NCBI GenBank assembly: GCA_964549075.1
Contig: CAZJUB010000065.1
Location: forward strand, 1 to 15,077
DNA: 15,077 nucleotides
From: an uncultured archaeon
Lineage (GTDB): Archaea; Asgardarchaeota; Heimdallarchaeia; Heimdallarchaeales; Heimdallarchaeaceae
Direction: 5' to 3'
Part shown: positions 1 through 7,508 of the stretch, piece by piece
Layout of the letters: every line of letters begins with the position of its first letter
Numbering within the stretch: position 1 is the stretch's first letter
Translations under genes and position numbers: made by a program
The notes under the pieces: model-generated
Seen by the model: only the letters and a program-made list of their open reading frames with translations
Database searches by the model: none
Told to the model about the DNA's origin: nothing

Positions 1-60
1 AAGTAAAAATGGCACTTTTTTTCTTTTGGATTTTAATTGTGATTTTCATTTATTATTAAT

Positions 61-130
61 ACCAACGAGAGTGATGATGCGTGGTTTAGACCAAGTTGAG
101 TGTGATGATTTTTACATCACCTCTATGGTC
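61..130 (+). ncRNA. Candidate box C/D-like (K-loop-containing) small RNA
   Basis: Box C GTGATGA 71-77, D'-like TTGA 96-99, C' GTGATGA 102-108. Terminal pairing ACCA(61-64)/TGGT(126-129) and GTGATG/CATCAC. TATA-like TTTTAATT at 31-38. No canonical terminal D box (CTGA). Confidence 0.3.
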
Positions 131-375
131 ACCATACTAATAAAATAGTAATTTTGTGATTCTTCCTTGTAAATTCATAAGCTTACCTAGCTAAATTCAT
201 GTTAAATAGGTCAATAACGCTATAAAAAATGCAATTTATATGGTTCAAATGTTAAGGTATTCATCAATTTAACTACGCTTAGAAAGAGGTTTTGTTAGGT
301 TAAATTTTGAATCATGACACATACAACTTTCGTAAAATATTAATTAGCTTAAGTGTAATAGAACGTGACACTATC

Positions 376-522
376 ATGAGCGAAGATGAAACAAAGGAAT
401 GTCCAAAATGTGGATCAACAATGATCAAAAGAGAGAATTATCTCCCAGATGACTTCGAACTGACTGAAGTAAAAACATTCTGGCTATGTGGCTCTTGTAT
501 GTATTATGAAGTAATAGAATAA
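376..522 (+). CDS. Small zinc-ribbon protein (CxxC...CxxC), 48 aa
   Basis: MSEDETKECPKCGSTM...FWLCGSCMYYE has two CxxC knuckles. ATG at 376 preferred over the TTG at 307 of the ORF track. Confidence 0.7.
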   Translation: MSEDETKECPKCGSTMIKRENYLPDDFELTEVKTFWLCGSCMYYEVIE

Positions 523-527
523 GTAGA

Positions 528-941
528 CTATTTTTTATCTACTTTGATTTCCCCCCCTGGTAGAAGTTCACTGAGTAACATCTCAATCTGTTCACTCTTA
601 TCATTAAAAGCAATAATCTGAATGTCATGTTTAAACATTAATGAAAATTCAAGTATCTTTTGTCTACATGAACCACAAGGTAAAACTGGGGGAGAACTAG
701 TGGAATAAACAACTACAACTTGAATATCTTTCTCACCCATATTAACAGCTGAACCAATAGCATTTACTTCAGCGTGAAGAGCAAGATAATCAGAGAATTC
801 AACATTGCAACCAGTAAAGATTTTGCCACTATTCATTAATAAAGCTGTACCAACATGAAAATTGCTGTAAGGGGCATAAGCTTGTTTACTTGAATCGATA
901 GCGAGCTTTTTGAGCTTAGGTAAATAATCAGTGACATCCAT
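528..941 (-). CDS. cdd: Cytidine deaminase
   Basis: AYAPYSNFHVG, GCNVE, HAE and PCGSCRQ zinc-binding/catalytic motifs. Start is ATG 941 or TTG 950. Confidence 0.93.
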   Translation of the reverse strand: MDVTDYLPKLKKLAIDSSKQAYAPYSNFHVGTALLMNSGKIFTGCNVEFSDYLALHAEVNAIGSAVNMGEKDIQVVVVYSTSSPPVLPCGSCRQKILEFSLMFKHDIQIIAFNDKSEQIEMLLSELLPGGEIKVDKK

Positions 942-1020
942 ATAACTCAAATAAAAAAAAGAATCTAATTACTAAAAATCTTCCGTAGTTTTTTAGGAAA
1001 ATTTATCATAAAACAACACC

Positions 1021-1028
1021 TTTTTATT
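1021..1028 (+). promoter_or_regulatory. Putative TATA box of the 23S rRNA transcription unit
   Basis: TTTTTATT about 30 nt upstream of the first leader hairpin (TGCGGATAT 1050-1058 / ATATTTGCA 1066-1074). An alternative TATA (TTATAAA) lies near 1147. Confidence 0.3.
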
Positions 1029-1237
1029 TGAAAGTAAATTTGTTCATAATGCGGATATAGTTAAGATATTTGCACATCTGTTGTATCTTACCCTAACAGG
1101 TAGGAACGTGATCTGACGATTGCGATTATGTTCAAAAACGGAACAATTATAAACAAAGGGAATAAAAACCCTACTCGCGCAATATAATGCGTGTTTATCA
1201 CCTCCAGGATTATGATTATCCACTGAATGTAATTCAG

Positions 1238-1280
1238 TTAGCTGACAAGAACTCTCCTAGAAGGCGAAAACTGATTTCTA
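1238..1280 (+). repeat. 5' arm of the 23S pre-rRNA processing stem with BHB motif
   Basis: 1238-1262 is a perfect 25-nt reverse complement of 5545-5569. Central helix GGCG(1263-66)/CGTC(5538-41) with 3-nt bulges AAA(1267-69) and AGA(5542-44). Inner stem 1270-1280/5526-5536. Confidence 0.9.
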
Positions 1281-3187
1281 GAGTAACCTACACTATGCAT
1301 ACGCCATGTAGTGGATGACTCGGCTAGGGAGCCGATGAAGGGCGTGGTAAGCGGCGAAACGCTGTGGGGAGACGCAGACAGTCTACGATCCACAGATCCC
1401 CTAATCGGATTTCCGGTTACAACCTAATAAGTTGTAACAGCCAGCAATGGCGGGGAACGCAGGGAACCAAAACATTCAAGTACCTGCAGGAAAAGAAAAC
1501 AAAAGTGATTCCGGTAGTAACGGCGAGTAAAACCGGAATAGGCCAAACTGAATTCCTTTTTTGAAAAAATAAGGTAGATGTGGTGTTTTGACTACAATAT
1601 AGATCGTACGTGTAAAGTTGAAGACCCCTGGAAAGGGGCGCTATAAAGGGTAATAGCCCCGTAAACGTAAGCACACGACTTAGTAGTATCAAGACTAGTG
1701 TGGCTTGGATATGTCGCACAAATATGGGAGTACTAACTCCTAAGCCTAAATACTCCCCTAGACCGATAGCGTACTAGTAACGTGAGTGAAAGTTGAAAAG
1801 TATTCGAAATACGAGAGTGAAAAGTTCCTGAAACTACATGGTAACAGACGTGGATGGCTCGAAAGGGTAGAGTCTCGGCGAAGGAAACCACCGTGAGGTG
1901 TTAGTACGAGCTGAGAGGACCAGAGTCATCCGTTCCGTCTCGAAACACGGGCCGAGGAGTTTATGTCTGTGGCAAGTCTAAGCATTTTGCTGTGACGTAG
2001 CGAAAGCAACCAGCGCGCAGCTTCGGCGAGGCGCGACGTCCGATAAGGGCGTGAAGTCACAGGTGTAAGACCCGAAAGCAGGTGATCTATCCCTGACCAA
2101 GGTGAAGCGCTTCGAAAGGAGCGTGGAGGCCTGAAGCGGTATTGATATGCAATTCATTCGTCTGAGTTGGGGATAGTGGCAAAAGACCAATCTAACCTGC
2201 TAATAGCTGGTTCCCCCCGAAGTATCACCACAGGATAGTGTCGCTGAAGGTTGCTTGTGAGGTAGAGCTACGGACGGAAGGTTCTGGGGAGTGAAATCCT
2301 CACCCTTCCTTCCAACTCCGAACTTGCAAGCGCCGTAGAAAGCGGCAAACGGGCGCGTATCCGCAAGGGATATGGCCGAAAGGGAAACAACCCTACAATG
2401 GGTTAAGGGCCCTAAATCCCGGTTAAATGTTAAACAGAATGACGTCCAACGACGAAAACAATGAGGCGGTAAGCTTAGAGGCAGCTATCCGTTAAAAAAA
2501 GCGTAACAGCTTACTCATCGAGTTTTTGGGCTCAGAAAATGGACGGGGCTAAACCGGGTCCCGATACCCATTTGGACTTCGAAAGAGTCTCAGGTAGGGG
2601 GGCGATCTGGTTGGGTAGAAGCTGGGGAGTGATTCCCAGTGGACCGACTAGATTTGCAGATCTCGGTGGTAGTAGGAGCATAGTGAGGTGAGAATCCTCA
2701 CCGCCGCAAGCCCAAGGGTTCCTTGGCACTGTTCGTCAGCCAAGGGTTAGTCGGTCCTAAGGATGGTCTTAAAACGAATCATTCGAAAGGGAAACAGGTT
2801 CATATTCCTGTACCGCGCGTATAGACGTGGCGACACAAGCTCTGAGCTTACACTGGTGGGTAGGTGGCCTAGGAGTATATCCTAGTTAAATTTAGAACTC
2901 TGGGAAGAACCGTTAAGGTGAGAACCAGAAGAATAGATGAATAGGCTGGCCATAGGTTGCTGGCTGCCATCAATCCCAACAGTCCATGAAAAAGCAAAGA
3001 GAGCGATTACGCGTGTCCGTACCCAGAACCGACACAGGTGTGGCTAGCTTAGAAGGCTAAGGCGTGTTAGGATAGCTAGGGTGAAGGAATTCGGCAAATT
3101 AGATCCGTACCTTGGGTATAAGGATTGCCTGGAGAGGTGTATGCCTCACCAGGTCGCAGTGACTCGGGGCACCCGACTGTTTAATAA

Positions 3188-3869
3188 ATAGTTGGGGGCG
3201 GCGACAAACCTTCAAATGATCAGTTTTCTTTCAAAAAAAAGAGTAGCTTAAATATCGTTACAACTTAGAAATAATGAACAAATGACTCTCAAAGAGCTCA
3301 CCAAGTTTGATTATTTAGCAGGATTTCTTTATGGAGATGGAACCTGTTATCATAATCCTTCAGTTAATAGAGCTTATTCTGTATCAATAGACCAAATTGC
3401 AAGTAACACTCACTTACTTAAACATGTCAAACGATACTTAGAAAACTTCAGTAAGGTCCATGAATATCAATTCAAGAGTCCAGATGGATTAAAAACAAGA
3501 GTATTGGTATATAACAAAAATTTGTTTGTTCAATTCAAGAAATTAAGGAAAGAACCTATTAAATTTTTTAATAATTTGGACATAGAAGAGAAATTCAACT
3601 TTCTATCAGGCTTACTAGATGCTGACGGAACAATAACAGATAGAATAGTCATATATGCGTCGAATGAGAATCTGTTACTAAGCTTCAGAAAATTCTTAGA
3701 TAATTATGGTGTTATTAGCTATGTTTACAAATTTGGTAGCATATTTGGACTACAAATATACAGGAAACAAAGTATTGAAACACTAAAAGAGAAATTGATG
3801 AGTGTCAAGTTTCGACTGAAAATTTTGAAAGAAAAGTGAACATTTGAAGGCGCGTCCCCGCTAGTTAAC
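3188..3869 (+). mobile_element. Archaeal BHB rRNA intron (682 nt) carrying a homing endonuclease gene, about E. coli 23S position 1784/1785
   Basis: Canonical BHB: UAAU(3182-85)/GUUA(3864-67) with bulges AAA(3186-88) and ACA(3868-70). Long terminal stem (CCTTCAAATG/CATTTGAAGG, TTTTCTTTCAAAA/TTTTGAAAGAAAA). Excision restores CTGTTTAATAAAAACATAG. Confidence 0.93.
3282..3839 (+). CDS. Intron-encoded double-motif LAGLIDADG homing endonuclease
   Basis: Motifs YLAGFLYGDG and FLSGLLDADG. AT-rich 185-aa ORF inside the intron loop. Confidence 0.93.
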   Translation: MTLKELTKFDYLAGFLYGDGTCYHNPSVNRAYSVSIDQIASNTHLLKHVKRYLENFSKVHEYQFKSPDGLKTRVLVYNKNLFVQFKKLRKEPIKFFNNLDIEEKFNFLSGLLDADGTITDRIVIYASNENLLLSFRKFLDNYGVISYVYKFGSIFGLQIYRKQSIETLKEKLMSVKFRLKILKEK

Positions 3870-4514
3870 AAACATAGCTAACTGCAAGGGCGAAAGCCTT
3901 AGTACAGTTAGTGAATCCTGGCCGGTGCTGGTGCTTGAAACCTGGGTTCAACCAGGCTAAGACCCAGTAAACGCCGGAGCTAACTATGAGCTTCTTAAGG
4001 TAGGCAAATGCCTTGTCTGCTAATTACAGACGTCCATGAAGGGACCAACGAGGTGCCCACTGTCTCCACCCTAAGCCTACTGAACCCACAGTCCAGCGAA
4101 CAGTCTGGAACGCACCATCGGGAAGAGAAGACCCTGTGAAGCTTTACTGCTGTCAGGGGCTGTTGTATTGGTGTGCATGCATAGAATAGTCAGGAGACGT
4201 TAATCCTATATTCTCCGGGATATGGGGTAGTCAAACTTGAAATACTGACCTTGCGCATTGGTACGACTTACCTCTTGCGAGGGGGACACCCCCTGCCTGG
4301 CAGTTTCACTGGGGCGGTAGCCTCTTGAAAAGATATCAAGAGGGCCCAAAGCCGAGCTCAACCGGGACAGAAATCCGGTGAAGAGTGCAAGGGCAAAAGC
4401 TCGGTTGACTGTGAACCAACCAATAAGGTTCGCAGATGTTAACGCAGGGCCTAGCGATCCTTCGCAGTGCCATTAGTAGGCGGCGGAGGTGGCAGAAAAG
4501 TTACTCCAGGGGTA

Positions 4515-4882
4515 ACTGTGCTTCTTAAAGTATCACGAATAGAAGTGCTCTCTGTCTATAACGCTTATTGATAATTCCATCTTTTCTGAGGCAGATTAGA
4601 AAAAAAAGTGAATTAATACAAGGCTTCTGTCTTCTTCCAATGTTGTGAGGAAAAAAAGTTTTCGCCATTTAAGGCTACAAACTTGAGCAGAGTGAATCTA
4701 ATTCTGTCAATAATCCATTTAGAATAAATAGTTAAATCCCTAAAGAAAGATGGAGAGCCAAATAAGCGTGAGGACTACAAGATAGGTAAAGGATCAAGTA
4801 ACTACCTAATGTCGTTAGATACCGGGTGACAACTGAGATCCTTGAAACCGATGTGCATGCAGTTGCGCAAGCACAGCCCTGA
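4515..4882 (+). other. 23S rRNA intron 2 (368 nt), BHB/BHL type, about E. coli position 2450/2451, no intact ORF
   Basis: Terminal stem CTGTGCTT(4516-23)/AAGCACAG(4869-76), helix GGGG(4509-12)/CCCT(4877-80), bulges TAA and GAA. Excision restores CCAGGGGTAACAGAGTTGTC. Confidence 0.88.
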
Positions 4883-5031
4883 ACAGAGTTGTCGTGGGTA
4901 AGAGTTCACATCGACCTCACGGCTTGCTACCTCGATGTCGGCTCTTCCTAGCTTGGTGGTGATTCAGCCGCCAAGAGTGGGGTTGTACGCCCATTAAAAG
5001 GGAACGTGAGCTGGGTTTAGACCGTTGTGAG

Positions 5032-5182
5032 AGGGATTTAGGCAATAATGGAGTTAGATGGAAGTACAGAAGTACTTCGAATTAACTTCGTCCAAGTATG
5101 GTAAAGTTCTGGTATGTTGTAAACCCCGAAAGGGAATCCCGACTACCATGAGCGGAATACTTCGGGCCTAAATCCTCGCAAA
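5032..5182 (+). other. 23S rRNA intron 3 (151 nt), BHB/BHL type, about E. coli position 2599/2600, structured, non-coding
   Basis: Stem GGGATTTAGGC/GCCTAAATCCT, helix TGTG(5026-29)/CGCA(5177-80), bulges AGA and AAA. Excision restores GACCGTTGTGAGACAGGTTGG. Confidence 0.9.
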
Positions 5183-5525
5183 ACAGGTTGGATTCTATCT
5201 GATGGTGCTGACGGGCGATTGAGAGTAAAGCCTCCACAGTACGAGAGGAACAGGCGGCTGGGGCCTCTGGTCTACCGGTTGTCCTTCCGGGCATTGCCGG
5301 GTAGCTAAGCCCTCGACAATAAGAGCGGAATGCATCTACGCTCGAAGTGTCTCTCGAAACGAGTCGCCCACTCTGTATCACTATAAGGGGCCTGGTGACA
5401 GTAACCTTCGGTACAGACGAGAGCGCGGAAAGAAGATCCGTTTGATAGAATTGGGGTGTACGCGTCGAGCTTCGGCGAGATGTTTAGCCCACAATCACTA
5501 ATTGCTCAAGCGTAGTTAGGTAAAA

Positions 5526-5569
5526 TAGAGATCGGTTCGTCAGATTCTAGGAGAGTTCTTGTCAGCTAA
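5526..5569 (+). repeat. 3' arm of the 23S pre-rRNA processing stem
   Basis: Reverse complement of 1238-1280 apart from the BHB bulges. Followed by a T-rich tract near 5588. Confidence 0.9.
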
Positions 5570-5703
5570 TTTGAGTTTACAGGAAAATTTTTTAAAATAA
5601 GACATCTCTTTGGAAAGTTGACTCCTTTTGTCACAATCTTTCTTGTTGTGTTTTAATAGCTTTCTTGAATTAATATAACAACCTTTCCTACGAGTGAGTA
5701 ATT

Positions 5704-5772
5704 ATGTACACAAAACAATATAATCCTGAACCTGGAGACGAGGATATTTTACCTCCAATGTGGACACCTTAA
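5704..5772 (+). CDS. Micro-peptide MYTKQYNPEPGDEDILPPMWTP (22 aa)
   Basis: TATA-like TTTTAATA 5651-58, SD-like GAGTGA 5692-97, T-tract after the stop. A paralogous copy at 7509-7547(-) conserves the protein motif with synonymous changes. Confidence 0.65.
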   Translation: MYTKQYNPEPGDEDILPPMWTP

Positions 5773-5807
5773 TTCTACCCAGTCTCCTTTTTATTTTAAT
5801 TCACTAA

Positions 5808-7388
5808 TCAATCTAGCCATTGAAGTACCTCTCGTTTTTGCATCTCTAGATAATCTAGAAGTTTACTTTCCAATCTACTAAAACCTTGATATCTGCATTT
5901 TCTAATAGCCAAATATTGAAATACTGGACCTAAAGGATCACCGTTTCTATATGCTCCTATCTGGATAAAAGCTTCCATGAACAAGCGTAGCTCAAGCACT
6001 TCAATATTGTTAAGTTGTTTTTCATACTTACTTAATAGAACAGAGATTTCTTTATACCTCTTGAGTTCATGCAATTGTTGTGCGATTAATAAATCAGCTA
6101 AAACGTTTTCGATAAAGGTGGTTTTTCTGGTTTTTACTCTATTTGTTAATATGTCAATTCTTTTCTCAGAATTCTTTGATAGAAAATTACCAGTTCGTTT
6201 GCCTAGTAAAGCATATGAAATCAAGTGTTTAACGCAATTAATACTGAAATTATCAATTCTAAGTAATTCCTTCAATTTAGCAGGTTTAAGATCGGCATTA
6301 AGGATAAACTCACTCAGGAGCATAAAGTCACTGTACTCATTTTTACTCCCTTCAAATATCTTAAAAATTAATTCAGAAATTTCGTCTACATTAAAACTGC
6401 GTAAACGTGAATAGACATAAAATTTGTTTAAATTAAGTGTATGACAAATTTGTCTTCTTGTTCCAGTATCCAAATTTTTATCATAGAATTCTTCTTGAAG
6501 TAGATTTTCAACATCATCTATCATTTTCATTGTTTGTTCAAGTTTTCCTTGAAGAGCTTTTACTGTAACGATATGAGAATGCAAGACAAGATAATAAGCA
6601 AAGTATATGCTGTCTTTATAGATAGGTGTGAAAATATTATATGCCTTATCAAAGTAAATTTCAGCAGAATTTAGTTCTAGTTCTAGCATGTACCCCAGAC
6701 CCACAGAGTAGTATACAATGGCTTTAATGTCTAATGGTAAGCTATCAAAGAACCTTTCATTTTTGAAGAATCTTCTGCTTGCTTGTAGAACTTTGCTACT
6801 CTTGTGTGCTCTTGAATAAATAATTACTAGCATAAATATTGTTTGAATATAAGACCTGTTAAAACCATTTTTAGAAAAATAATAGGAGCATTGTTCTAGA
6901 ATATCAGCAGACTTTGCATCATGATCACTTAACCATTTTTCAATGGCAAAAGAGTAGTTACAGACATTATATTCATACTCATCAGAATTCAAAAAGTGTT
7001 TAGCATAATTCATAGATTTATTCAGTGCTTCAAGACTTTTTTCTCCCTCACCTCTTAATTTTTCAATAAACCATTCTTTATAATAAGCTAGTGCCAAGCC
7101 TCCAATATAATTGATCTTTTCTGAGATTATCTTCATTTGTTGAATTAAATCAGAAACGATTGGTAAATTGCCTCGGATATGTTCAATCTGTGATATCTTT
7201 ATCTCATATAGTTTAACAAGAGATTTCTCATCATTGATCTGTTTACACTTTAGAATAGCTTTTTCTACAATGGACAGAAGATAAGAATCATTTCTGTTAT
7301 TGGATGTAGTAATTCGAAGTTGATCTATGAAAATAGACATCTTATCTTCTGAATTAGCTTCTTCTAATGCCTTAACCTTATATCCCAT
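5808..7388 (-). CDS. TPR-like alpha-helical repeat protein, 526 aa
   Basis: Long ORF with SD GGTGAT. TPR-like segments such as AIVYYSVGLGYMLELELNSAEIYFDKAYNI and ALAYYKEWF..EKSLEALNKSM. No recognisable enzymatic or HTH motif. Confidence 0.8.
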   Translation of the reverse strand: MGYKVKALEEANSEDKMSIFIDQLRITTSNNRNDSYLLSIVEKAILKCKQINDEKSLVKLYEIKISQIEHIRGNLPIVSDLIQQMKIISEKINYIGGLALAYYKEWFIEKLRGEGEKSLEALNKSMNYAKHFLNSDEYEYNVCNYSFAIEKWLSDHDAKSADILEQCSYYFSKNGFNRSYIQTIFMLVIIYSRAHKSSKVLQASRRFFKNERFFDSLPLDIKAIVYYSVGLGYMLELELNSAEIYFDKAYNIFTPIYKDSIYFAYYLVLHSHIVTVKALQGKLEQTMKMIDDVENLLQEEFYDKNLDTGTRRQICHTLNLNKFYVYSRLRSFNVDEISELIFKIFEGSKNEYSDFMLLSEFILNADLKPAKLKELLRIDNFSINCVKHLISYALLGKRTGNFLSKNSEKRIDILTNRVKTRKTTFIENVLADLLIAQQLHELKRYKEISVLLSKYEKQLNNIEVLELRLFMEAFIQIGAYRNGDPLGPVFQYLAIRKCRYQGFSRLESKLLDYLEMQKREVLQWLD

Positions 7389-7508
7389 AAATTAGATCAC
7401 CAGCAAACTATTTCGAATTTTTATTTTATTTAAGTATCATTTTCCAGATTGCATTTTGATTGCAGTTTTGAGAAATAAAATAGAAAAGTAAAAGGAGATT
7501 TTATTCAT

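Larger units (their letters stand above)
1292..5516 (+). rRNA. rrl: 23S rRNA (archaeal type), three introns; exons about 1292-3187, 3870-4514, 4883-5031, 5183-5516 (about 3024 nt spliced)
   Basis: Conserved LSU motifs: GCCGATGAAGGGCGTGG, ACCGATAGCG..TAGTA..GTGAG.GAAAG, H69 AACTATGA, P-loop CTGGGGCGG, TACCTCGATGTCGGCTC, SRL AGTACGAGAGGAAC. Helix 1 ACTATGC(1292-98)/GCGTAGT(5510-16). Exact mature ends are approximate. Confidence 0.98.

Noticed and set aside
307-375. N-terminal extension of the Zn-ribbon ORF from TTG 307
   Set aside because: Overlaps an AT-rich promoter-like sequence; ATG 376 gives a typical compact Zn-ribbon protein.
1364-2729. ORFs 1364-1564(+), 1417-1719(-), 1978-2190(-), 2532-2729(-)
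   Set aside because: Entirely within 23S rRNA exons; spurious translations.
5082-5381. 99-aa minus-strand ORF
   Set aside because: Antisense to 23S exon and intron 3; no protein motif.
5977-6414. 145-aa plus-strand ORF
   Set aside because: Antisense shadow of the TPR-like gene.
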